Program-made: the position numbers and the translations under genes
In this document: positions 8,688-16,822 of the stretch, piece by piece
Position numbering within the stretch: the stretch's first letter is position 1
Layout of the letters: the number at the start of each line of letters is the position of its first letter
The notes under the pieces: model-generated
The model's input: the letters and a program-made list of their open reading frames with translations, nothing else
Database searches by the model: none
What the model was told of the DNA's origin: nothing
Source: Acidobacteriota bacterium
GTDB taxonomy: Bacteria; Acidobacteriota; JAAYUB01
Reading direction: 5' to 3'
Assembly (NCBI GenBank): GCA_018001935.1
Contig: JAGNHB010000046.1
Location: 1-32,000 of the forward strand
DNA length: 32,000 nucleotides

Positions 8688-9042
8688 CTCACGGAGGCAC
8701 AGAGACTCGGAGCAGATTGCGGCGTGGTGATATCGTGGCCGTGGCCGTCCGAAATCCCCGCGCCTCTGCGCGAGATAACTCTTTGAATTACAATAACTGA
8801 TCGTTTGCTGACGTGTGCGGCTCTGGCATGAGGCCGACGGCGATAGCCCTACCGACGGCGATACCGATACCGATCTGCGATACCGATTCCGACACCGACC
8901 CCGGCGGAGATTCCTCCGGACCTACAGCCCAACCCGGATAAACCGGAAAGAAACCACGGATGAACACGGATCATCCGGACGCTTCAGAATAAACAGGAAG
9001 AGGACACCCATTCTTCTGCCTCGAGTGAGTGTCCTGAATCAT
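8688..9042. repeat. Composite intergenic repeat block, left copy: hairpin-like 94-bp unit, a GATACC/GACCCC low-complexity tract, a ccggacctacagcc word and the 49-bp hairpin element
   Basis: 8688-8781 aligns with 9778-9871 (shared ctcacRgaggcacRgaga...ggccgtccg...gcctctgcgc...gaga.aa). 8836-8935 (gacggcgata..gataccgataccgat..cgattccgacaccgaccccg..ttcctccggacctacagcc) parallels 9905-10050. 8994-9042 is copy 2 of the 49-bp element. Confidence 0.75.
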
Positions 9043-9059
9043 GGTGATACGCTGACCGC

Positions 9060-9737
9060 TCAACGACGTTTGTTCAGGCCGAGCGAGATAGGTTTGCGTC
9101 GATATTCACGGACCAGGCGTCTGGCCTCGAGGTGTATGCGTCGTTCCTCATCTGCCCGGCGTCTGGCCTCGGCGCGAGCTACATTCCGTTTCCATGCGGC
9201 CAGGGACGGGGGGTTACCCCAGCCCCGTTTTGAACGGAGCAGTGACAAGGTATGAAACAGGATGGGTAAAAGAGTAGCCCCCACTACAGCCGCGACTTTG
9301 ATAGCTGACCAGCCGATATTCCGCCAGTCTGCCACGAAAACCAGGATGTAGAGAGACGTGACGGGCAGTGTTACGGCCCCCAGCCAACCGTATCGGATGC
9401 TGCGGTACCTGTGCTCCCTGGAGACAATAGAAAAGAACACATGTCTCAGGAGATAGAGGATGGTTCTTTTCCCTCTTAAAAAGAACAACAGAAGAAAAAG
9501 AAGGGAAAAAGTAATCAATCCGCTGTTGATCCGGGAATAATCTTTGTCGGTTTCCTCGGTATAATGGAAAGCGATCACTATTCCAAGCAAGACGAGAATC
9601 AGAAACCAATTAAAAAGGGGTTCCTTCCGGTCCTCCTCGTCAAGCATCAGGTGCGGCAGCTGCTCCTCGATGGGTACCTCCTCGGTTACCTCCGGCAACG
9701 GGGGTGGTTGTGGCGGCTTATCAAGATCCAGAATCAT
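9060..9737 (-). CDS. Hypothetical 4-TM membrane protein with a basic coiled C-terminal tail, encoded by a markedly AT-rich gene
   Basis: The ORF holds four clear hydrophobic helices (LFNWFLILVLLGIVIAF, LITFSLLFLLLFFL, GWLGAVTLPVTSLYILVFVA, VAAVVGATLLPILFHTLSLL) and the tail AEARRRADEERRIHLEARRLVREYRRK. Start taken as ATG 9737 (MILDLDK). GTG 9782 and an internal Met are alternatives, and the SD is weak. Confidence 0.6.
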   Translation of the reverse strand: MILDLDKPPQPPPLPEVTEEVPIEEQLPHLMLDEEDRKEPLFNWFLILVLLGIVIAFHYTEETDKDYSRINSGLITFSLLFLLLFFLRGKRTILYLLRHVFFSIVSREHRYRSIRYGWLGAVTLPVTSLYILVFVADWRNIGWSAIKVAAVVGATLLPILFHTLSLLRSKRGWGNPPSLAAWKRNVARAEARRRADEERRIHLEARRLVREYRRKPISLGLNKRR

Positions 9738-9777
9738 TGGTCTACCACAATAAAATGCTTGAAAAGAATATGTTAAT

Positions 9778-10075
9778 CTCACAGAGGCACGGAGAAGATC
9801 GCAGGGAACCGACGGCTTGGCCGGGGCCGTCCGGATTCACCGTGCCTCTGCGCCTTCGTGAGAGAAAAATCCGGGCCGGGCGGATTCCTGCCATCTTGCG
9901 ATGTCGAGATCGACGGCGATTCCGATACCGACCCCGATGGGAAAGTTTCCGGACCTTCAGCCTATCGACCTTTCGACAGCGACTGCGATACCGATACCGA
10001 TTCCGACCCCGACCCCGACCCCGATGGGAATCCCTCCGGACCTACAGCCTACAGCCTAAACCCCTACAGCCTATA
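9778..10075. repeat. Composite intergenic repeat block, right copy (direct orientation relative to 8688-9042)
   Basis: It contains an 11-bp perfect inverted repeat, cagaggcacgg (9780-9790) with ccgtgcctctg (9840-9850). It also carries the GGGCGGATTCCTGCCATCTTGCG word (9878-9900), gataccgataccgattccgaccccgaccccgacccc tracts and repeated ccggacctWcagcc / cagcctaaac words. Confidence 0.75.
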
Positions 10076-10099
10076 TTGCTTTCCCCAACCCCGTGGGAG

Positions 10100-10876
10100 T
10101 CATCCCTCCAGCAGATCCACGATGGCGGCGGAGGCGGTGGTGACGGTGTGCTCCTCGCCCACGCGGAGGTCCTCGGCGGTGATGTTCTCGGAGAGCGCCC
10201 GGTTGACGATGATCCCGGCCACGCAGCCGCCGCGGAGCCCGAAGGCGCTGGTCAGGGTGAGGAGGGTGGCGGACTCCATCTCGTAGTTGAGCACGTGCAG
10301 CCGCTTCCACTCCTCCAGGGTGCCCTGGAAGCGCCGGGGCACGTATCCGGTAAAGGAGTCGTAACGCTCCTGGCCGGGGTAGAAGGTGTCGGAGGAGGCG
10401 GTGATGCCGCAGTGACAGGGGATGCCGTTCGCCGCCGCGGCCTTGCGCACGGCGTTGACCACGTCGATGTTGGCCACAGCGGGGTACTCGAGGGGGGCGT
10501 AGTGGGTGGAGGCGCCGTCCAGCCGAACCGACCCGGTGGTGCAGATCACGTCCCCTACCCGGATATTCTCCTGGATGGCGCCGGTGGTCCCCACCCGCAG
10601 GAAGGTGGTGATCCCCAGCATGGCCAGCTCCTCCACGGCGATGGAGGTGGACGGCCCGCCGATGCCGGTGGAGGTCACCAAGACCGCCTTGCCCGGGAGG
10701 CGGCAGAGGAAGGTCCGGTACTCGCGTTTCCAGGCCAGTTCCTCGATCTCCCCGCCGTGCATCTCGCGGACGGCCTCGGCGATTTTCCCCACACGGAAGG
10801 GGTCGCCCGGCAGGAGGGCCAGGGTGGCGCCTTCCAGTTGCGGTTTTTCCAGGTTCACGTGATAGATCTTGCCCAT
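10100..10876 (-). CDS. udp: Uridine phosphorylase
   Basis: Near-collinear with E. coli Udp: LPGDPFRV, STGIGGPSTSIAVEELAMLG, FLRVGTTGAIQ, SVRLDGAS, ASSDTFYPGQERYD, NYEMESATLLT. The ATG at 10876 is preceded by GAGGTGAACTC; the longer ORF to 10999 is an upstream artefact. Confidence 0.92.
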   Translation of the reverse strand: MGKIYHVNLEKPQLEGATLALLPGDPFRVGKIAEAVREMHGGEIEELAWKREYRTFLCRLPGKAVLVTSTGIGGPSTSIAVEELAMLGITTFLRVGTTGAIQENIRVGDVICTTGSVRLDGASTHYAPLEYPAVANIDVVNAVRKAAAANGIPCHCGITASSDTFYPGQERYDSFTGYVPRRFQGTLEEWKRLHVLNYEMESATLLTLTSAFGLRGGCVAGIIVNRALSENITAEDLRVGEEHTVTTASAAIVDLLEG

Positions 10877-11031
10877 GAGTTCACCTCGGTCGGAAATGTG
10901 CGCCACGCCGCCGGGGACGGCAGGGCGGGGCCTTGACGGGGCCGGCGCCTGCGGGGGACGTGACGGGCGCCATTGTACGCCAAAACCGCCGCGAAGCAAA
11001 CGGGCAAAATCCGCTCGCCGGCGCGCCCGTC

Positions 11032-11060
11032 TTGCGGCGGTCCCGGAATCGTGTTATTCT
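11032..11060 (+). promoter_or_regulatory. Weak candidate sigma70-type promoter for iadA (TTGCGG-N17-TATTCT with TGt extension)
   Basis: Lies in the udp/iadA divergent intergenic region, about 37 nt upstream of the iadA ATG. This is a motif match only. Confidence 0.25.
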
Positions 11061-11096
11061 GGGGCTTCGACCCGACACCCGAACACAGGAGGTTCC

Positions 11097-12257
11097 ATGT
11101 TTGTATTCCAGGGATGCGACGTCTTCGGCCCCGAGCCGCTCGGCCGCAAGGACGTTCTGACCGCCGGCGGGCGCTTCGTCGCCGTCGCCGACCGGATCGA
11201 CGCCCCCGCCCTGCCGGGCTGCACGGTGATCGACGCCGCGGGGCTGAAGATGGTGCCCGGCCTCATCGACGGGCACGTGCACATCGCCGGCGCCGGCGGG
11301 GAGGGCGGGCCGGCCACCCGGACGCCGGAACTCCGCCTCTCCCAGCTCCTGGACGGCGGCGTCACCACCGTCATCGGCTGCCTGGGCACCGACGGCATCG
11401 CCCGCACCGTGGACGGCGTCCTCATGAAGGCGAAGGCGCTGAAGGCCGAGGGGGTCTCCTGCTGGATCTACACGGGTGCCTACCAGCTCCCTGTCCCCAC
11501 GATCACCGGGGACCCCGGCCGCGACATCGCCCTGGTCGAGGAAGTGATCGGGGTGGGCGAGGTGGCGATCTCGGACCACCGCTCCTCGGGCCCCACGGTC
11601 GACGAGCTGATCCACCTCGTCGGGCGCGCCCGCGTGGGCGGCATGCTGGGCGGGAAGGCCGGTATCGTCTGCTTCCACATGGGCGACGCGAAGGACCCCT
11701 TCCGCATTCTCTACCAGGTCGCGGAGCGCAGCGAACTGAAGCTCACCCAGTTCGTCCCCACCCACGTCAACCGCAACGACTACATCTTCGAGGACGCCAA
11801 GACCTACGGCAAGACCGGCTACGTGGACCTCACGGCCAGCTCCTACCCCTACTACCCCCAGTACGAGGTCAAACCCTCGAAGGCCGTGGTGCAGCTGGTG
11901 GAGGCCGGGGTCCCGCTGGAGCACATCACCCTGTCGTCGGACGCCATCGGGTCGCTCCCCGACTTCGACGCCCAGGGCAACCTGATCAAGCTGGACGTGG
12001 GCGAGCCGAAGTCCATCTTCACGGAACTGGTGGACCTGGCCACCACGGAGGGCTTCCCCCTGGAGAAGGCCCTGAGCATCGTCACCTCCAACGTGGCCCG
12101 GATCCTCCGGCTGCCGCGCAAGGGGCGGATCGCGCCCGGCTTCGACGCCGACGCGGTCTTCCTCGACGCCGACTGGCGCATCCGCCACCTGGTGGCAAGG
12201 GGGGAACTCATGATCCGGGACGCCGAGCGGCTCCGGAAAGGCACATTTGAACGCTGA
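11097..12257 (+). CDS. iadA: Isoaspartyl dipeptidase (beta-aspartyl peptidase)
   Basis: Collinear with E. coli IadA: PGLIDGHVHIAGAGGEGGPATRTPE, GVTTVIGCLGTD, YTGAYQLP..TITG, VGEVAISDHRSS, GGKAGIVCFHMGD, PTHVNRN, LSSDAIGS, DADAVFLD. ATG 11097 follows AGGAGG; the ORF upstream of it overlaps udp on the opposite strand. Confidence 0.92.
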   Translation: MFVFQGCDVFGPEPLGRKDVLTAGGRFVAVADRIDAPALPGCTVIDAAGLKMVPGLIDGHVHIAGAGGEGGPATRTPELRLSQLLDGGVTTVIGCLGTDGIARTVDGVLMKAKALKAEGVSCWIYTGAYQLPVPTITGDPGRDIALVEEVIGVGEVAISDHRSSGPTVDELIHLVGRARVGGMLGGKAGIVCFHMGDAKDPFRILYQVAERSELKLTQFVPTHVNRNDYIFEDAKTYGKTGYVDLTASSYPYYPQYEVKPSKAVVQLVEAGVPLEHITLSSDAIGSLPDFDAQGNLIKLDVGEPKSIFTELVDLATTEGFPLEKALSIVTSNVARILRLPRKGRIAPGFDADAVFLDADWRIRHLVARGELMIRDAERLRKGTFER

Positions 12258-12271
12258 AGGAAGGAGGGATC

Positions 12272-13138
12272 ATGCCCGTCACCCGACCCGTCATCACGCT
12301 CATCACCGACTTCGGAACCATCGACGCCTACGTGGCCGCCATGAAGGGCGTCATCCTGTCCATCGAGCCCGGCGCCCGCATGGTGGACATCTCCCACGAC
12401 ATCCCGCGGGGGGACGTTCAGCACGCCGCCTGGGTCCTGGCCCAAAGCTACCCCTGGTTCCCCAACGACTCCCTGCATGTCGTGGTGGTGGACCCCGGCG
12501 TGGGCGGCGCCCGCCGGCCGATCCTGGTCTCCACGGAGAACCACTTCTTCCTGGCGCCCGACAACGGCGTGCTCTCCTGGGTCTACCGGCGGGAGGAACT
12601 CTACGGGGCCTGGGAGCTGACGGAGACGGAGTTTTTCCGCAACCCCGTCAGCATGACCTTCCACGGCCGCGACATCTTCGCCGCCGTGGCCGGGTGGATG
12701 TTCAAGGGCCTGGACAGCAGCCGCTTCGGGGAGCCCATCGAGGACCACGCCGGGCTGTCGAGGTTCGAGATCCCCGTGCCCGTCGAGCTCCGGCCCAAGG
12801 TATGGAAGGGCGCCATCCTGCACGTGGACCGCTTCGGGAACCTCCTGACCAACCTCACCACCCGGGAAATCCCCATCGAGGAGAACGGCCTTCCCGCCGC
12901 CCAACTGATCAAGACGAAGGCCGGGGAATTCCGGCAGGTCAGCCGCTGCTACGAGGAGGGCGACCCCGGCACGCCCGCCCTGGTCCTGGGCGGGACCGGC
13001 TTCTACGAGATCGCCGTCCGGAACGAGTCCGCGGCGGCCGTCCTGGGCCTGAGCCGCGGCAACGAGGTCGCCGTCCTGGTCAAGACCGATTTCAAGGAGT
13101 TCACGCCCGAGGAAGAAGACCGCTCCTTCCTGATCTGA
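12272..13138 (+). CDS. SAM hydroxide adenosyltransferase / SAM hydrolase family protein (DUF62, fluorinase/chlorinase-like fold)
   Basis: The N-terminal signature ITLITDFGTIDAYVAAMKGVI...VDISHDIP...VVVVDPGVGG.RRPILV and the C-terminal barrel-like half match my recollection of the DUF62 family. AAGGAGGG lies 5 nt upstream of the ATG, and the gene starts 14 bp after the iadA stop. Confidence 0.8.
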   Translation: MPVTRPVITLITDFGTIDAYVAAMKGVILSIEPGARMVDISHDIPRGDVQHAAWVLAQSYPWFPNDSLHVVVVDPGVGGARRPILVSTENHFFLAPDNGVLSWVYRREELYGAWELTETEFFRNPVSMTFHGRDIFAAVAGWMFKGLDSSRFGEPIEDHAGLSRFEIPVPVELRPKVWKGAILHVDRFGNLLTNLTTREIPIEENGLPAAQLIKTKAGEFRQVSRCYEEGDPGTPALVLGGTGFYEIAVRNESAAAVLGLSRGNEVAVLVKTDFKEFTPEEEDRSFLI

Positions 13139-13157
13139 CCGACCCCGGAGGTCGTGC

Positions 13158-14705
13158 ATGGCCCTCGTCACCTTCACCCTCAACGGCCGAAGCCTGCAGG
13201 CGGAAGCGGGGCGGATGCTGCTCCCGGTGGCCCTGGAGAACGGCATCCACATCCCGCACTACTGCTATCACCCCGGCCTGTCCGTCTCCGGGAACTGCCG
13301 GATGTGCCTGGTGGAGATCGAGGGCGTCCCCAAGCTGCAGACCGCGTGCTCCACGGCGGTTCGCGAGGGGATGGCGGCCCGGAGCGACACGGACCGGGTG
13401 AAGCGGGCGGTGCGGCACGTCCTGGAGTTTCTGCTCATCAACCACCCCGTGGACTGCCCCGTCTGCGACCAGGCGGGCGAGTGCGGCCTTCAGGAGTACT
13501 ACATGAGCGTGGGCCGCTACGACAGCCGTTTCGCCGAGGACAAGGTGACCAAGGCGAAGAAGGCCGCCCCCATCGGCCGGTGGATCGTCCTCGACCAGGA
13601 GCGCTGCATCCTCTGCTCCCGCTGCGTCCGGTTCACCCGGGAGGTGTCCCGCACCGGCGACCTGGCCATCTTCAACCGTGGGGACCACGCGGAAATCGAC
13701 GTGATGCCGGGGAAGACGCTCTCGGGGCGTTACACGGGCAACCTGGCCGACGTCTGCCCCGTGGGAGCCCTCACCTGCCGGGACTTCCGGTTCAAGTGCC
13801 GGGTCTGGTACCTCCGGCGGACCCCGTCCGTCTGCACTGGGTGCGCCCGGGGGTGCAACGTGGAGATCCACACCAACCCCGACCGGCCCCAGCACGGCGA
13901 GGCCCGCCGCGTCATGCGCCTGAAGCCCCGCCCCAACCCCGACGTCAACGGGCACTGGCTGTGCGACGACGGGCGCTACGGTTACGGCTTCATCGACGAG
14001 GGCCGGCTGGCCCACGCCGCCATCCGGTCGGAAACCGGCCTGCAGCCGGTCCGGCTGCGGGAGGCCATCGACCTGCTCGGCCAGTGGGTAGAGGAGACCG
14101 ACCGGGAGCATTTGCTCTACGTCCTGTCGCCGAAGTCCTCCAACGAGGAGCTCTTCGCCGTCCGCAAGCTCTTCGCCGAGACCCTGAAGGCCGGTTGCGT
14201 TCTTCCCTCCGCCGGGATGAAGACCGGCGACGCGGACGACCTCCTCGTCCACGAGGACAAGCACCCCAACAGCCGGGGGGCCATGGAGATCTTCTCGTTC
14301 CTGGAGGACGAGCTCCTCTCCGAAGAGGCCCTGGCGGGTCTGATCCGGGAGAAGAGCGTCCGCCTGCTGGTCCTCGACCGGTGCGAGCTGCCGGACGGCC
14401 TCCCGGGCGAACTGGCCGCGGCGGGCTGCCGCCTCGTCTGGGTGGGGACCAACCGCAGCCGGACGGCCGAGGCCGTGGACCTGGTGATCCCCGCGGCCGT
14501 CCACGCGGAGCAGGACGGGTCTTTCGTCAATTCGGCCGGGCTCGTCCAGCACTTTCGCAAGGCCCTCGACCCCCTCGGCGAGTCCGAGCCCGAGTGGACT
14601 CTGTGGAGCCGCCTCGCCCGCCGGCTGGGGTGCAAGGTGAACTACACCTCGGCCCGCCGGGCCCACCTGGACCTGCGGAAGACCCTGCCCTTCTTCGCCG
14701 GGTGA
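13158..14705 (+). CDS. NuoG/Nqo3-like iron-sulfur protein (N-terminal 2Fe-2S plus 4Fe-4S clusters, shortened molybdopterin-like domain); no other nuo genes in the window
   Basis: Motifs CYHPGLSVSGNCRMCLVEIEG...ACST (2Fe-2S), INHPVDCPVCDQAGECGLQ (His-Cys3 4Fe-4S), RCILCSRCVRF...CPVGAL (4Fe-4S) and VCTGCARGCNV. GGAGG lies upstream of the ATG at 13158. Confidence 0.8.
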   Translation: MALVTFTLNGRSLQAEAGRMLLPVALENGIHIPHYCYHPGLSVSGNCRMCLVEIEGVPKLQTACSTAVREGMAARSDTDRVKRAVRHVLEFLLINHPVDCPVCDQAGECGLQEYYMSVGRYDSRFAEDKVTKAKKAAPIGRWIVLDQERCILCSRCVRFTREVSRTGDLAIFNRGDHAEIDVMPGKTLSGRYTGNLADVCPVGALTCRDFRFKCRVWYLRRTPSVCTGCARGCNVEIHTNPDRPQHGEARRVMRLKPRPNPDVNGHWLCDDGRYGYGFIDEGRLAHAAIRSETGLQPVRLREAIDLLGQWVEETDREHLLYVLSPKSSNEELFAVRKLFAETLKAGCVLPSAGMKTGDADDLLVHEDKHPNSRGAMEIFSFLEDELLSEEALAGLIREKSVRLLVLDRCELPDGLPGELAAAGCRLVWVGTNRSRTAEAVDLVIPAAVHAEQDGSFVNSAGLVQHFRKALDPLGESEPEWTLWSRLARRLGCKVNYTSARRAHLDLRKTLPFFAG

Positions 14706-14746
14706 CGCCGGCCGCCCCGCGCCGTTCCCCCGGCTTCGGAGAGACC

Positions 14747-16822
14747 ATGCACTTCGACCGCGCCAGGGCACTCGAACTCCTCCGGTTGGGCACGGGCCTT
14801 CCGGACGCCCGGTTCCGGGAGGGCCAGGAGGAGGCGATCCGCCACGTGACGGAGGGCCGGGGCCGGCTGCTGGTGGTCCAGCGGACGGGCTGGGGGAAGA
14901 GCTTCGTCTACTTCATCGCGACCAAGCTGCTCCGGGAGGCCGGCCAGGGCCCCACGCTGCTCGTCTCCCCCCTGCTGGCCCTGATGCGCAACCAGATCGC
15001 GGCGGCGGTCCGGATGGGCGTGCGGGCGCTCACCATCCACTCCGAGAACCCGGAGGAGTGGGCGTCGGTGGAAAGCGCCATCCGGCACGACGAGGCGGAC
15101 ATCCTCCTGATCTCGCCGGAGCGACTGGCGAACCCCCGCTTCTGTGGCGAGGTGCTGTCCTTCGTCGCGGGCCGGATCGCCCTGCTGGTGGTGGACGAAA
15201 CCCACTGCATCTCCGACTGGGGGCACGATTTCAGGCCCCATTACCGCCTGCTGGAGCGAACGGTGAAGACGCTCCCGCCAAACACCCGCCTGCTGGCGAC
15301 GACCGCCACGGCGAACAACCGCGTGATGGAGGACCTGCAGACCGTCCTCGGGCCAAACCTCACCATCAACCGGGGGAACCTCGACCGGCCGTCCCTCCGG
15401 CTCCAGACCCTGCGGCTGCCCAGCCAGGCCGAGCGGCTGGCCTGGTTGGCCGCGCAGTTGCCCCGTCTTCCCGGCAGCGGGATCGTCTATACGCTGACGG
15501 TCCGCGACGCCGAGCGGGTCGCGGCCTGGCTCCGGTCCCGGGGAATCGAGGTGGCCGCCTACACCAGCGAGACGGGCGAGGCCCGCCCCGAGCTGGAGCA
15601 GGCCCTCCTGGACAACCGGGTCAAGGCGCTGGTGGCCACGCCGGCGCTGGGCATGGGCTTCGACAAGCCGGACCTGGCGTTCGTGATCCACTACCAGGCG
15701 CCAGCGTCGGTGGTGACCTACTACCAGCAGGTCGGCCGCGCGGGCCGCGCCCTCGACACGGCTTACGGGGTGCTGCTGAGCGGGGAGGAGGAGACGGAGA
15801 TCACGAGCTGGTTCATCGAGAGCGCGTTCCCCTCGAGGGAGGAGGTCCGCTGCGTGCTCGAGGCGCTGGAAGCGGCGCCGGCAGGGCTTTCCGTCCCCGA
15901 GATGATGACGCGGGTGAACCTGAGCATGGGCCGCATCGAGAAGGCCCTCGCCCTGATCTCGCTGGAATCGCCCACCCCCATCGCGAAACAGGGCGTCCGG
16001 TGGCAGTTGACGGCCGGCCGGCTGAGCGAGGCCTTCTGGGAACGAGCCCGGCGGCTGAACCTCAAGCGCCGGGAGGAGCAGCGCCAGATGCAGGATTACG
16101 TGGCCCTCGCGTCCGGGCACATGGCGTTCCTCATCCGGGCGCTCGACGGCGAACCGGCGGCGGATCGCCCGAACGATCCCGCACCCTTCGACGAGGTCAT
16201 CGACCCGGCCCTGGTCCGGGACGCCGTCGCCTTCCTCCGACGAATGAACCTCCCCATCGAAGCGCGAATCCAGTGGCCGGCCGGCGGGATACCGAAGTAC
16301 GGCCTCCGGGGGCGGATCGACCCGAAGCTGCGGGCGCAGGCCGGCCGGGCGCTCTGTGTGTGGGGCGACGCCGGTTGGGGCCGCCTGGTCAGCCGGGGCA
16401 AATACCACGACCGGCACTACGCCGACGAGTTGGTGGAGGCCGCGTCCAGCCTCCTGCGGGAGTGGGCCCCGGAACCGTTCCCGGAGTGGGTCGCCTGCGT
16501 GCCCTCCCTTCGCCATCCGGAACTGGTGCCGGACTTCGCCCGCCGGCTGGCGGCCGCGCTGGGGCTGCCCTTCGGGGACGCCCTCGAAAAAACCGGCGAA
16601 CGCCCCGAGCAGAAGAGCATGGCCAATAGCATCCAGCAGGCCCGCAACGTTGACGGGTCCCTGGGGGTGCGGACCGGGGCCGTGCGCGGCGGGCCGGTGC
16701 TGCTCGTGGACGACATGGTGGACTCGCGGTGGACCTTCACTATCGCGGCATGGCTGCTGCGATCCCACGGCAGCGGGGAGGTCCGGCCTTTCGCACTCGC
16801 ACAGACGGGGCATGACCGATGA
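14747..16822 (+). CDS. RecQ-like superfamily-2 DNA helicase fused to a C-terminal ComF-type phosphoribosyltransferase (PRTase) domain; PsyrT-like candidate toxin/effector
   Basis: Helicase motifs [17 protein letters not shown] (motif I), [19 protein letters not shown] (DExH, RecQ-style), [28 protein letters not shown] and [10 protein letters not shown] (motif VI). I saw no Cys4 zinc module or HRDC. The C-terminal ~115 aa (nt ~16480-16819) reads VACVPS...[17 protein letters not shown]...QKSM..S.QQARNV.GS..V...[26 protein letters not shown], matching the ComFC/PRT PRPP-loop pattern. The real start is ATG 14747; the upstream 531 codons of the 1222-aa ORF are read-through across the NuoG-like gene in another frame. 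Confidence 0.88.
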   Translation: MHFDRARALELLRLGTGLPDARFREGQEEAIRHVTEGRGRLLVVQRTGWGKSFVYFIATKLLREAGQGPTLLVSPLLALMRNQIAAAVRMGVRALTIHSENPEEWASVESAIRHDEADILLISPERLANPRFCGEVLSFVAGRIALLVVDETHCISDWGHDFRPHYRLLERTVKTLPPNTRLLATTATANNRVMEDLQTVLGPNLTINRGNLDRPSLRLQTLRLPSQAERLAWLAAQLPRLPGSGIVYTLTVRDAERVAAWLRSRGIEVAAYTSETGEARPELEQALLDNRVKALVATPALGMGFDKPDLAFVIHYQAPASVVTYYQQVGRAGRALDTAYGVLLSGEEETEITSWFIESAFPSREEVRCVLEALEAAPAGLSVPEMMTRVNLSMGRIEKALALISLESPTPIAKQGVRWQLTAGRLSEAFWERARRLNLKRREEQRQMQDYVALASGHMAFLIRALDGEPAADRPNDPAPFDEVIDPALVRDAVAFLRRMNLPIEARIQWPAGGIPKYGLRGRIDPKLRAQAGRALCVWGDAGWGRLVSRGKYHDRHYADELVEAASSLLREWAPEPFPEWVACVPSLRHPELVPDFARRLAAALGLPFGDALEKTGERPEQKSMANSIQQARNVDGSLGVRTGAVRGGPVLLVDDMVDSRWTFTIAAWLLRSHGSGEVRPFALAQTGHDR
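16480..16819 (+). other. ComF/PRTase-like domain within the helicase fusion protein
   Basis: [13 protein letters not shown] is an acidic-hydrophobic PRPP-binding-type loop, preceded by the VPS...LA..LG.P and Q...R..N..G pattern typical of ComFC-like proteins. Confidence 0.7.

Noticed and set aside
8815-10286. ORFs 8815-9255 and 9858-10286 encoding DGDSDTD/DPDPD-rich peptides, and the shared RKRTPILLPRV peptide also seen in the 5120-5329 ORF
   Set aside because: These are translations of the GATACC/GACCCC low-complexity and hairpin repeats. One overlaps the better-supported minus-strand membrane-protein gene. The repeated 'peptides' reflect DNA repeats, not a protein family.
13154-14746. N-terminal 531 codons of the 1222-aa ORF 13154-16822, which would make a giant fusion with the helicase
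   Set aside because: This stretch is an alternative frame of the NuoG-like gene and translates to RP-rich nonsense. The helicase N-terminus ([12 protein letters not shown]...FREGQEEAI) begins at ATG 14747, 41 bp after the NuoG-like stop.
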